Of a stretch of 64,000 bases of DNA, positions 1-9,798 are shown in pieces. A program made the translations under genes and the position numbers. The stretch spans positions 1,152,001 through 1,216,000 of the forward strand of contig OZ244587.1 in assembly GCA_965218095.1 (NCBI GenBank). Direction: 5' to 3'. The notes below the pieces were generated by a model, which saw only the letters and a list, made by a program, of their open reading frames with translations, made no database searches and had not been told where the DNA came from. How positions within the stretch are numbered: the first letter of the stretch is position 1; the number at the start of each line of letters is the position of its first letter. The DNA comes from Candidatus Poribacteria bacterium (lineage in GTDB: Bacteria; Poribacteria; WGA-4E; PCPOR2b).

Positions 1-521
1 GCATTACCCCTGACTTGACCACTTATGGAAAGGTTGTCGGCGGTGGCTTTCCTGTCGGCGCGTTTGGCGGGCAGGCGGACATCATGGATTTATTGGACAG
101 TACGCGAGGAAGCACGGGCTTCTTCCAGAGCGGCACATTCAGCGCACACCCCATCACGATGACTGCGGGATTGGCGACCCTGAGACAACTGACGCCTGAC
201 GCTTTTGCCTACCTGAACGGGTTAGGCGACCGGCTGCGCACCGGGCTGAACGACCTGTTCGCTCGTAACAATATAGCTGCGAAAGCGGTGAACACGGGCT
301 CGGTGTTCAGCATTCACTTCACCGGCGAAGATCTCATTAACTATCGCAGCCTTGCCCGCACCGACAAGGCGATAGCGCATCGCGTCTTCCTCTCGCTATT
401 GGAGCAGGGGTATTTCCTGAGTCACGGACTGTCAATGAACGCGCTGTCGCTGCCGACGGAAACCAGCCATGTGGAGGGATTGATAGACGCCGTGGAAAAA
501 GCTGTCGAGCAGGCGAAGTAA
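1..521 (+). CDS. Class III aminotransferase (glutamate-1-semialdehyde aminomutase-like), 5' end outside window
   Basis: PLP-lysine motif PDLTTYGKVVGGGFPVGAFGG and SGTFSAHP; frame open from window start. Confidence 0.85.
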   Translation, partial: ITPDLTTYGKVVGGGFPVGAFGGQADIMDLLDSTRGSTGFFQSGTFSAHPITMTAGLATLRQLTPDAFAYLNGLGDRLRTGLNDLFARNNIAAKAVNTGSVFSIHFTGEDLINYRSLARTDKAIAHRVFLSLLEQGYFLSHGLSMNALSLPTETSHVEGLIDAVEKAVEQAK

Positions 522-583
522 TTGTTCAAAACCATCATTTTCAGAAGTTAGAATCTCGGTTCGCTTCTTAGCAGGAGAGCAAC

Positions 584-992
584 ATGAAACATTTAAACGT
601 CGTTCTCATCTTCGGCTGCCTGATTTTATCTGGAGTGATTACGTTTGCCTAAGATGAAGGCACAACCGCAACTAGTAGAGTGTATGGTCAGATTAAAGGA
701 CGTCCCCCGCTGACCGCTGAGGAGTTGAAGCCCGGTGGGATCACTGAGATGGATCCCTCGGAGTTACATCCCATTGCTGGTGTCAGAGTGGTTATCGTTC
801 GTACTGACGGAACTGAATACGAAACAGCGACGGATAGCCATGGGGAGTATGAATTCTCAAGCCTACCTAGGATATTAACCAATGAGTATTTATAGAGATA
901 GCTACGGAGATCGGTTTGGCAGATCTGTCACGGTTGTCGCCGGAGGCGAGCACTATGTGCCAATACAGATGGCGAAAAATCGATCTAAATGA
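584..992 (+). pseudogene. Decayed secreted protein with carboxypeptidase-regulatory-like domain
   Basis: RBS AGGAG + ATG 584; signal peptide MKHLNVVLIFGCLILSGVITFA, then in-frame TAA at 650-652; frame continues PIAGVRVVIV...TATDSHGEYEF; apparent frameshift near 870. Confidence 0.55.
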
Positions 993-1013
993 AGATTACT
1001 GATTCCATTAGCG

Positions 1014-1205
1014 ATGAACCTGGTATTCTCCGCAAGCTGCATCTTCTGGATATGGATGCTTATTAACTGTGTGACTGAAAAACTCGTTGAGGGAAATGGC
1101 AAAGTTGTTTGGATTATTTTCGTCGCTTTCGTTCCTTTGATAGGCGGTACGATTTATTTCTTTGTGAGGCGACCAACACGCTTAATAGTACAAGAGAAGA
1201 GGTGA
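1014..1205 (+). CDS. Small two-TM protein, PLDc N-terminal-like domain
   Basis: IFWIWMLINC...KVVWIIFVAFVPLIGGTIYFFVRR pattern. Confidence 0.65.
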   Translation: MNLVFSASCIFWIWMLINCVTEKLVEGNGKVVWIIFVAFVPLIGGTIYFFVRRPTRLIVQEKR

Positions 1206-1570
1206 CCAATTAGTATAACCGTAGTCGCGTGGATCATCATCTTAATATTTGGTGCAGCTCTGGGCACTGCGGTTATGCTGCTTATTCCCATAGTGCCTGA
1301 AATAGGGTGGGCTAGGGCAGCGACCACGCCTGACCAAGCGGTAAGGGTTTCTATGGGGGGGCGGGGATAGTCTCAGGTATAGCCATGCTTAAGAGGCTCA
1401 ACTGGGGCCGTCTGCTGTACCTGTGGTATGTGCCTATTTCGTTCGTTCTCTCCTGAATTCGTTATGGATTTCAGCCGATGTTTATACTGGAGATCGCTTT
1501 ATACGTTGTTGTTTTTGGGATCCTCATGAGGCCCGCCTCATTAGCGTTTTTTCGCAGAAAATCGTCCTGA
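1206..1570 (+). pseudogene. Decayed multi-TM membrane protein remnant
   Basis: Hydrophobic segments PISITVVAWIIILIF... and SGIAMLKRLNWGRLLYLW... broken by a frameshift near the G-run at ~1355 and a stop. Confidence 0.4.
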
Positions 1571-1598
1571 ATCATCTTGAAATAGGGGGTAAATCATC

Positions 1599-2768
1599 AT
1601 GTCTGACACTAACACCCACACATACGATTTGCTTATCCGCGCCGGGCGCGTTGTTTGTCCGGCGACCGGGCTGGCTGGGCCAGGCGCCGTGGCGGTCCGG
1701 GGGGATCGAATCGCTGCTGTCGGCGATAACATCAACGGGGCTGCACAGGAGACACTGGATTTCCCGGACGCCATGCTGCTTCCGGGGCTGGTGGATATGC
1801 ACGCCCATCCCGCACACGAAGGTTCAAAGTACGGGGTTGACCCCGACGTTCATTTCCTTCCCCGAGGTGTTACCACTGTGCTTTCTCAGGGAGATGCGGG
1901 CGCCGCCAACTGGACCCAATACCGTGAATCTGTCATCGAAGGCGCACGCACGCGCGTCCGGCTGGCTATCAACCTGTCCGCCCGCGGCGAATCTATGCCG
2001 GGCGGTTGCTTTGAGAATTTAGATGATGTGGATGTAGATGCCTGCGTCGGAGCAATTGAAGATGGAGGCAAGGCAATCTGGGGCATCGCCGTTAACATCA
2101 GCGCCTCCTGCTGCGGCGACACAGCCCCCCACGAGGTGATGCGGCGAGCGCTGGCTGTCGCCGACCGAACCGGCTGTCCGCTGCTTTTCGGCACACATCG
2201 GCAGGCGGAGTTCCCTTTGGACGAGCAATTGGCGTTGCTGCGGCCCGGCGACATTGTCACCTACTGTTTCCAGAGCGATGTTGACTGCATTGTGAAGGAG
2301 GGTCATATCCGGGACGAGGTTTGGGAAGCCCGCGAGAGGGGCGTCTTGTTCGATGTGGGGCACGGCATGAATTCGTTCAACTTTGACGTAGCGGAGGTGG
2401 CGATTGCGGATGGGTTTCCGCCAGATACGATCTCGACGGACCAGTACCTTCAACATGTAGGGAGCAGCCCTCAACATGACTTGCCTCGCACCCTTTCCAA
2501 GCTAATGGCTGCCGGAATGTCTGAGGCAGATGCCCTGGCGCGAGTGACGGCACGTCCAGCAGAATTGTTAGGACTGTCTGGAGAGGTTGGAACGTTAGCG
2601 CCCGGTGCGTGCGCTGACCTCGCTGTATTGCGCTGGAATCCGGATGCGCTGCTCCTGCGAGACGTCACGGGCGCTGAGCGTCCGGGAGGCTGCTGGGAGC
2701 CGATTCTCACTGTGCGGGTGGGGGAAATCGTCCGTCCCGAGCCTAATACATTGTCTAATAAATCCTGA
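1599..2768 (+). CDS. Amidohydrolase/deacetylase (dihydroorotase-like) metallohydrolase
   Basis: PGLVDMHAH, FDVGHG, PDTISTD, GTLAPGACADLAV. Confidence 0.9.
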   Translation: MSDTNTHTYDLLIRAGRVVCPATGLAGPGAVAVRGDRIAAVGDNINGAAQETLDFPDAMLLPGLVDMHAHPAHEGSKYGVDPDVHFLPRGVTTVLSQGDAGAANWTQYRESVIEGARTRVRLAINLSARGESMPGGCFENLDDVDVDACVGAIEDGGKAIWGIAVNISASCCGDTAPHEVMRRALAVADRTGCPLLFGTHRQAEFPLDEQLALLRPGDIVTYCFQSDVDCIVKEGHIRDEVWEARERGVLFDVGHGMNSFNFDVAEVAIADGFPPDTISTDQYLQHVGSSPQHDLPRTLSKLMAAGMSEADALARVTARPAELLGLSGEVGTLAPGACADLAVLRWNPDALLLRDVTGAERPGGCWEPILTVRVGEIVRPEPNTLSNKS

Positions 2769-3179
2769 CATGTTATGAATAGAACGCTGATGACGCGGAT
2801 TTTCACGGATTTGATTCAAAATCCGTGCGAATCTGTGCTATCTTGAGCTCAAAGATCAACTCAAGCATACAAATAGAGGATATAGCAGAAGATTTGATAG
2901 AGAAGCCAACTCGGCCATGGAAGGAAAACGTATATCATGGGCCGAAGCCAGAATATGAGAATCCAAGACATCGCGATCCAGTTGCGCCAAATATTCAAGG
3001 CGACCCAGAAGTCTTCGAGATCGAAAACGAAGCGATAGATCCCAACGAGCACATAGCAGCAACGATCGAGTCAATCGTTCTGGACCTGGGGGCCGGGAGA
3101 CGTATTGATCGACGAAACTCAACCTAGGCATTCAATGATCAAGAAACAGTATCCTAACGGAAAAAGGCGGAGGTAAATC

Positions 3180-4289
3180 ATGTTAATTATTGATGGCGAC
3201 TATCCCATGGCGCATGGCGCGGTTGACCTGAATCGGGATCTGACCCTTCCGATTGACGAAGTCCGCGCGGTGCAGGAAGGCTCGCGGGAAGCAGCACGAT
3301 GGCCCGCATCTGAAACGATGGCGTCCCTGCCGGAAATGCGACGCGGAAAAATTGCAGCGGCGCTGGTTAAAATCTCGGGACGGATTCAGCGGAAAGGCAG
3401 CCCCATCTGGGGATACAGGAGTGGTGATATTGCCTATGCCGCGGCCCAAGCGGGCCTTGCCTACTATCGGATTCTGGAGCGTAGAGGCGAGGCGCGTATC
3501 CTGAAGACTCGTGAAGATTTCAACGCCCACATACAGACCTGGTCGGAAGCTGAGAGTTATAACGATTTGCCAATCGGCATGGTCCTCGGTATGGAGGGGG
3601 CAGACCCCATTCTCTGGCCCGAACATGTTCACGAGTGGTGGGAAAGCGGACTGCGAACAATCAACCTGGCACATTACGGTGTCAGCACATATTCCCACGG
3701 GACAGGCAGACCCGGTGGTCTGCTGCCTCCCGCCAAACCGCTCCTGCGTGAGATGGACGGGCTGGGGATGATTCTCGACCTCACCCATACCGCTGATGAA
3801 GCTTTCTGGCAGGCGCTGGATCTGTTCTCCGGCCCGGTGATGGCAAGCCACCAAAACTGTCGGGCGTTGGTCCCCGGCGAACGACAGTTTTCCGATGAAC
3901 AACTCAAAGTTATCCTGGAACGCGGCGGGGTGATTGGCGCATCAATGGATACTTGGATGCTCTACCCGAGAGGAAACCTGGATTGGGGTGGGAAGGTTTT
4001 TCCAGCCCGTCGTAGCCGCTTCCCGAGAGAGGCTGTCACCCTGGAGAATCTGGTGGACAACATGGACCATGTGTGCCAGTTGGCGGGGAATTCGCAGCAC
4101 GCCGCCATTGGCGGGGATACAGATGGCCAGGGCGGGAAAGACGGCGCCCCGTACGAAATCGACACAGTGGCAGATTACCAGAAGATTGCGGAGGTCCTTG
4201 AGAGGCGTGGGTATGCGCAGGAGGATATCGTCAACGTAATGTACCGCAACTGGCAGCAATTTTATGAGCAGTGGCTCCCCGCTGCGTGA
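3180..4289 (+). CDS. Membrane dipeptidase (peptidase M19) family
   Basis: LGMEGADP, ILDLTH, ASHQNCRALVPGERQFSD, IGGDTDG. Confidence 0.9.
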   Translation: MLIIDGDYPMAHGAVDLNRDLTLPIDEVRAVQEGSREAARWPASETMASLPEMRRGKIAAALVKISGRIQRKGSPIWGYRSGDIAYAAAQAGLAYYRILERRGEARILKTREDFNAHIQTWSEAESYNDLPIGMVLGMEGADPILWPEHVHEWWESGLRTINLAHYGVSTYSHGTGRPGGLLPPAKPLLREMDGLGMILDLTHTADEAFWQALDLFSGPVMASHQNCRALVPGERQFSDEQLKVILERGGVIGASMDTWMLYPRGNLDWGGKVFPARRSRFPREAVTLENLVDNMDHVCQLAGNSQHAAIGGDTDGQGGKDGAPYEIDTVADYQKIAEVLERRGYAQEDIVNVMYRNWQQFYEQWLPAA

Positions 4290-4323
4290 ACAGATGTTGC
4301 CAACGAAAAAGGAGTGTTAATGC

Positions 4324-5793
4324 ATGAGAGTGATTACTGGCGCAATTGGTCATGAGACAAGCACGTTTACCACAGTCGCCACCACCTGGGAAAGCTATCG
4401 TAATGAGCGATTCGGCTATCTAATCGGAGACGAAATCATCAGCAAGTTCCGCGACACCAACACGACCATTGGCGGATTCATTGAGGGAGCAGAGGCATAC
4501 GGATTTGAGCTTATCCCCACGATCTTTGCCAACGCGCATCCGAGTGCGCCAACGCCGCGGGATATCTTTGATGCCATTCTGAAGGATATGCTGGACCGAA
4601 TTGCTGAAGCAGGCCCGATTGAAGGCGTCCTCCTTGACCTGCACGGCGCGATGGTAGCGGAGGGCATCGACGACGGCGAAGGTCATATCCTGACGGCCGT
4701 GCGAGATTTGGTCGGACCACAGGTCCCTATCTTGGCGGAGTTAGACATTCATTCCAACGTCTCCAAGCGCATGGTCGAGATGGCTGATGTGTTGATCGGG
4801 CGGGAGACCTACCCGGAGATCGATCAGGCGGAGCGAGCCCGCGAATGCGCTGATGTTCTGGTGGGCATGCTCCGAGATGGCCTGCGCCCCACCATGGCGC
4901 TGCACCAGATTCCCCTGGTCTGGGGGATGAATCAGGTCACGGCGCACTCGCCGATGCGGGAAGCGATTGCTGAATTACACAGAATAGAGGCGCAGCCCGG
5001 GGTAATTTGTGGCTCGATTGCCACCTGCTATCCATTGGCTGACATCCCGGACCTGGGCGCGTCGGTTTATATCGTCACCGACAACGATCAGGCGTTAGCA
5101 CAGCAGTACGCGGATGAATTGGCGGAATGGATCTGGGAGCGCCGGGCGGATTGGCATACATCCATGCCGCCGGCGCGTGAGGCACTCGCGCAAGCTGAAG
5201 CGGCAGGAAAATATCCGGTGATTTTTGCCGATCGAAATGATAACACCGGCGGCGGTTCACCGGGGGACAGTACCGGCGTATTGCAGACGTTTATTGATGC
5301 TGGATTGGAGGACGCCTGTCTCCTCTACATCGTCGATCCGGAGGCGGTGGCGCAATGCCAGCAGGCTGGCGTGGGAGCGACGTTGACCTTAGATGTAGGT
5401 GGGAAATCAACCCCCCTCCAGGGACAACCCATCAGCATGACGGTGGAAATTGTCGCGCTTTCAGATGGTCGCTTCCGCTACGACGGTCCGAGGAATGCCG
5501 GACTGGAAGGCAGCATGGGCCCCTCGGCATATATCAGACAGGGTGGGATTCATGTCCTGCTGGTAACCGAACGTGAGCAACCTTACGGTACCGCTTTTGC
5601 GCGAACCATGGGTTTAGACCCACGCCGGATGCGTTACATCGGCATCAAATCCACCGTGCATTTTCGGGCCGGCTTCGAGTCGTGGGCGAGGGCAATCTAC
5701 ACGGTGTCCGAACCGGGAGTACATAACCCAACTGGGGGAGAATTGCCGTTCCACAATCTGGGTCGGAAGCTGTATCCATTTGATGACATTTAG
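4324..5793 (+). CDS. M81 (MlrC-like) metallopeptidase
   Basis: HETSTF, LDLHGAMVAEG..DGEG, LDIHSN, DNTGGGSPGD, KSTVHFRAGF. Confidence 0.92.
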   Translation: MRVITGAIGHETSTFTTVATTWESYRNERFGYLIGDEIISKFRDTNTTIGGFIEGAEAYGFELIPTIFANAHPSAPTPRDIFDAILKDMLDRIAEAGPIEGVLLDLHGAMVAEGIDDGEGHILTAVRDLVGPQVPILAELDIHSNVSKRMVEMADVLIGRETYPEIDQAERARECADVLVGMLRDGLRPTMALHQIPLVWGMNQVTAHSPMREAIAELHRIEAQPGVICGSIATCYPLADIPDLGASVYIVTDNDQALAQQYADELAEWIWERRADWHTSMPPAREALAQAEAAGKYPVIFADRNDNTGGGSPGDSTGVLQTFIDAGLEDACLLYIVDPEAVAQCQQAGVGATLTLDVGGKSTPLQGQPISMTVEIVALSDGRFRYDGPRNAGLEGSMGPSAYIRQGGIHVLLVTEREQPYGTAFARTMGLDPRRMRYIGIKSTVHFRAGFESWARAIYTVSEPGVHNPTGGELPFHNLGRKLYPFDDI

Positions 5794-5992
5794 GAGGAAT
5801 GGTTCATTTTCCTGTGCTATCGCTAAATATCTGATAAGCCGCACGATGACCGATCCATGCGTGAAACGTGAAACCGCTTACGCATCACGCTTCATATATG
5901 GCGTCGTGCAGTTGAGGGTCCCAATCACACGGATCGGCGCTGTTCATTTTCCGTCAGAGTTAGGTTGATATTTTTCAAAGCGCCGAAAAATC

Positions 5993-6019
5993 GGAGAACA
6001 AGCTAGCAGCTTGTTCTCC
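5993..6019. repeat. Perfect 12-bp hairpin, possible terminator between convergent genes
   Basis: ggagaacaagct-agc-agcttgttctcc. Confidence 0.5.
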
Positions 6020-6132
6020 TAAAATCGTCAGCCAAATCGTGAACCATTCCCACGAATCTTCTCACAAACTTAGTGATAGTAGACCATCCCGCCTCACTCA
6101 TTACTGCGCATGACAGATTAATGGACAAAACA

Positions 6133-7665
6133 TCACAACCTGCAATAAACCCCGTCGCTCACCAAATCTTTACACTGATAGCGCCAATCCTCCTCCGGAT
6201 TATCGAAGAGATAACGCGCCTCTTTCGGGCCCCAGGCGCCGGCTGGATAGCCATAAATGTTGATGTTCGGGTTTTCTTTCCAGGCCTTTAAAATGGGGTC
6301 CACAAATCGCCAACAGGCCTCTACGGCGTCGGCACGGGTGTAGAGCGTCGCATCACCCAACATGCAATCCAGCAGCAGACGTTCGTAAGCGGAGGGAAGA
6401 TAGGCATCTGTCAGATCCGAATAATGGAAGTCCATATTCACATCTTCGATCTGAAAACCGGCGCCCGGCATCTTCATCCCAAATTTCAGCAAAATCCCTT
6501 CATCGGGCTGAATCCAAATAATCAACTGATTACAATTACGACCGAGATTGTTTTGGGTAAATAAATGATGGGGAGTTTGCTTGAAATAAATGACTACCTC
6601 CGTCACGCGGGTGGGAAGGCGTTTTCCAGTACGGATATAAAAGGGGACGCCGCCCCAACGCCAGTTATCGATATACAATTTCAGTGCGACATAAGTTTCC
6701 GCCCGGGAATCCAGAGCGACATTTTTTTCACTGCGGTAAGCCAAAACTTTTTCGCCATGAATTATTGATTCTGTGTACTGACCACGTACCACATATTTCC
6801 CCACGTCTTCGGGGTTAATCGGGCGTAAAGACTGGAAGACTTTTACGGTTTCATTCCGCACGCCATCGGCGTCAAAACTGGCGGGCGGCTCCATGGCGAT
6901 AGTCCCCAGTACCTGCAGCAGGTGATTTTGCACCATATCCCTCAACGCCCCGCATTCATCATAATACCCACCACGGTTTTCCACACCGATAGATTCTGCG
7001 GCAGTCACTTCGACATGATGAATAAAATTCTGATTCCACAACGGTTCAAAAATGCCGTTAGAGAAACGAAACGCCAGCATATTTTGCACCGTTTCCTTGC
7101 CTAAATAATGATCAATTCGATAAATTTGACATCCCTGGAAGATCTGCTGTATTTTGGCATTTAAAGCTCGGGCAGAGTCGAGATTATAACCAAATGGTTT
7201 TTCGATAATGATGCGTTTCCATCCGTCCCCATTTCCCTGATGCTGCAGGCCCTGTGCACCAAGATGTTGAGGGATAATTCCATACATACTGGGTGGGGTG
7301 GACACATAAAAAATATAATTCTCCCCGGTCTTTAATTCCCGGTCTATTTCAGAAAGCCTAGCTTTCACTTTTTCATATTCTGCGCCATCATTGGTATTGA
7401 TGGATTGATAATACAATCTTTTTGAAAAAACCCTGAGCAATTTCATCTCGACCGGCTTTCTCTTGCTATACAATTTGACGCCTTCGATCATCCGTTTTTG
7501 AAATGCCTCATCCGAAAATGTCGTTCGACTGACTCCTAACACGGCAAATTGCTTTGGAAGCACGTTTTGCTGATACAAATCAAAGAGCGCCGGCACGAGT
7601 TTTCGCTGGGTTAAATCTCCAGATGCGCCAAAAATGACCAGGGTACAATTGTCAGGTAGTTTCAT
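6133..7665 (-). CDS. zwf: Glucose-6-phosphate 1-dehydrogenase
   Basis: GASGDLT, EKPFG, RIDHYLGKE, RDMVQNH, GVPFYIRTGK, AYERLL; ATG 7665 downstream of GGGAG. Confidence 0.97.
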   Translation of the reverse strand: MKLPDNCTLVIFGASGDLTQRKLVPALFDLYQQNVLPKQFAVLGVSRTTFSDEAFQKRMIEGVKLYSKRKPVEMKLLRVFSKRLYYQSINTNDGAEYEKVKARLSEIDRELKTGENYIFYVSTPPSMYGIIPQHLGAQGLQHQGNGDGWKRIIIEKPFGYNLDSARALNAKIQQIFQGCQIYRIDHYLGKETVQNMLAFRFSNGIFEPLWNQNFIHHVEVTAAESIGVENRGGYYDECGALRDMVQNHLLQVLGTIAMEPPASFDADGVRNETVKVFQSLRPINPEDVGKYVVRGQYTESIIHGEKVLAYRSEKNVALDSRAETYVALKLYIDNWRWGGVPFYIRTGKRLPTRVTEVVIYFKQTPHHLFTQNNLGRNCNQLIIWIQPDEGILLKFGMKMPGAGFQIEDVNMDFHYSDLTDAYLPSAYERLLLDCMLGDATLYTRADAVEACWRFVDPILKAWKENPNINIYGYPAGAWGPKEARYLFDNPEEDWRYQCKDLVSDGVYCRL

Positions 7666-7700
7666 TTTTTTCTCCCGCGTTTTCAAGCTTCAATTTTTTT

Positions 7701-7779
7701 TCTTAACAGCGTGGCCGCTAAATTGCTGACGCAGTGCAGCCGGGACTTTCATTGGAAAGGGCAGCGGTATATGTTAGTG
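7701..7779 (-). other. attC-like integron recombination site upstream of zwf
   Basis: Minus strand CACTAAC-atata-CCGCT...AGCGG-ccacgct-GTTAAGA; same layout as the sites at 27.2 and 28.3 kb. Confidence 0.45.
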
Positions 7780-7918
7780 ACTTTTCTTGTTCGCAGAGGG
7801 TTAAGTTTATCGATCAATTCCTCCGAGTTCAATATTTTGGCTCATGTCAAAAGAAAGTGCAAAAGTGTTAAAAAATCCACGAAATCATTGGTGTGAATTT
7901 TGCCGTTGCACGAAGTCT

Positions 7919-8329
7919 TACTAAAGTTTGGACAATTTGTTTGCAATTTATGTAGTGTTATCAAGGGTTTGTTGAATATCGGGTGAATATTCGGCAATTA
8001 AGTGGCTTGAGGGATTGTTGCAGAAAATAATCACCTCTCGTGGCACCTAAGCACCTTGAAAACGAAAATCTGTCTGTTTTCCAACTGCGTATCGGCATCA
8101 TTTTGGCAGATGACCGCCGGATTCGATGGGACGTGGCAATCGCTTGGCAGGTTGCCAACCTGCGCCACGACGGAGTTTAAGCCCATGTGATGGAAATGTT
8201 CAATGTTGATGAAGCCTTTTGCCTCCACATACTGTAAAGTCAAAAGAGAATGATTTCTGAGTGCTGTTTCGCATCACCAGAAGGGGTCTCAACCAGCCAT
8301 CTGTGTTGTGAATTGTACAAACTTTAGTA
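7919..8329. mobile_element. MITE-like element (~410 bp) with terminal inverted repeats and TA flanks
   Basis: ttactaaagtttggacaatt (7918-7937) vs reverse complement of 8311-8330, 19/20 identical; no transposase inside. Confidence 0.7.
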
Positions 8330-8627
8330 ATATTAACTTAGAGAGTTTATTAGTAGTATCGACATCATAGACCCTATTCAAAACAGAAGTGATGACTTTC
8401 CGATAACTTTCTAAGTCGCCTGCTCTGCCAATTTCAGGTTATCGGACATTTCTGATCTTCTCAACAGAGCGTTTGATATTATCAAACGAAAAAGTATGAT
8501 CCGCAACAAACATCTTCTCCTTGAATGCCAGCATAAATACTTCGCACTCCTCAAGACTTCCATTGAAAATAACTTCATCGGCTAGGTTGTCCTTGTTCTA
8601 ACGATACACGAGCCTGAGTTTGTATTG

Positions 8628-9131
8628 TTATATTCGTTTTCTAATCTTTTCGTCTTTGCCGCGTGGTTCTATTCCTTCCCATCTTCTACCTTCGATTTTG
8701 CTTTTTTTCATGTGTGCTTCGTCTATCATATCTCTTAATGGTTTTGCGTATGATATAAAGTAGGTTTCTATTTGTTCTTGTGTCATTGGTTTATTTATGT
8801 CCTCTTTCAGGTCTATGAGGCTTTGGTGGTGTAGGGCTAGAATACGCCGGATTGCTTCGAGTGAGTCGTTTATGCTTCCTGATAGGTCTACTAGCTCGGC
8901 TCTTGTTTGTCTTCTTCCTAGTATTTGTGATATTTTTTCAATCTTCCAGCCTAAGTCTCGTATTTTGATTTTTAGTTTATGTCTTATCTTTTCTGACTCT
9001 GGTTTATCTGGTTTTCTTTTGGCTGCCCAAATGCCCACTGCTATTGCTCCTATTGCTCCTATTGCTCCCAATATTCCTGCTATGAGTCCTATTGTGTCCT
9101 TGTATTCAATCAAAAATTCTATAATACTCAT
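8628..9131 (-). CDS. Hypothetical protein, one N-terminal TM helix + coiled coil
   Basis: AT-rich 167-aa ORF, RBS AAGGA, hydrophobic IGLIAGILGAIGAIGAIAVGIW. Confidence 0.7.
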   Translation of the reverse strand: MSIIEFLIEYKDTIGLIAGILGAIGAIGAIAVGIWAAKRKPDKPESEKIRHKLKIKIRDLGWKIEKISQILGRRQTRAELVDLSGSINDSLEAIRRILALHHQSLIDLKEDINKPMTQEQIETYFISYAKPLRDMIDEAHMKKSKIEGRRWEGIEPRGKDEKIRKRI

Positions 9132-9226
9132 TGTCTTCCTTTCTGCTGCTGTGCCGGGAGCGCGGCATCCCGGCTATTGATAGTTAGAATATCCGGTAAG
9201 TTTAATTATCGGATATTTTAAGGAAT

Positions 9227-9793
9227 TTAGGGCTGTCCATTAGTTAATTTTCTAAAACGGTGATAATTACCAGGAATTTTCCAAAACTCTTCAGGGCTGT
9301 CCCATAATGAATTCGGCACCTTGTATTGTGTGCCTTTCTTATTTATACTGGTGTGAACCATACTGATAAATCGGAACTTATAATCATTAAGAAAGTCGTT
9401 TTCTTTCCAGAATTTTTTCCCGATACATTGGCAATACTTCACAACACATGCCGCTCCTTTTAATTGCTCCGTGACATGCCTTGCCGTTTTAGAATCCTGG
9501 GTTTGAATTTCGATACAGATAATCCACTTCCTCCCCTTTTTATCGTGAGATACAATCACAAAATCAGCACGCTTACGCTCGCCTTTTAATCCCTTAAAAA
9601 CATAAACGGGTGTCTTAAAAGTTTCCGCCCCTATAACAATTGAGTCGTCAGGCAGCCCAGTTATTCTTACAGTTGTATCTGCCTGCTTATCTGTTAGTTC
9701 AACAGAAAGAGATCTACCTTGTCCCTGCTGTAACGGCACTTGGACATCATTATTACAAACAAGCATTTCTCTCAATATTTCAATATCATTCAT
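9227..9793 (-). CDS. Putative PD-(D/E)xK-like nuclease partner of the ATPase
   Basis: RKRADFVIVS...WIICIEIQ...EQL; starts 5 bp after the ATPase stop. Confidence 0.65.
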   Translation of the reverse strand: MNDIEILREMLVCNNDVQVPLQQGQGRSLSVELTDKQADTTVRITGLPDDSIVIGAETFKTPVYVFKGLKGERKRADFVIVSHDKKGRKWIICIEIQTQDSKTARHVTEQLKGAACVVKYCQCIGKKFWKENDFLNDYKFRFISMVHTSINKKGTQYKVPNSLWDSPEEFWKIPGNYHRFRKLTNGQP

Positions 9794-9798
9794 AGGTT

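Noticed and set aside
2825-3131. Short ORFs on both strands
   Set aside because: No family recognised; possibly a minus-strand membrane-gene fragment
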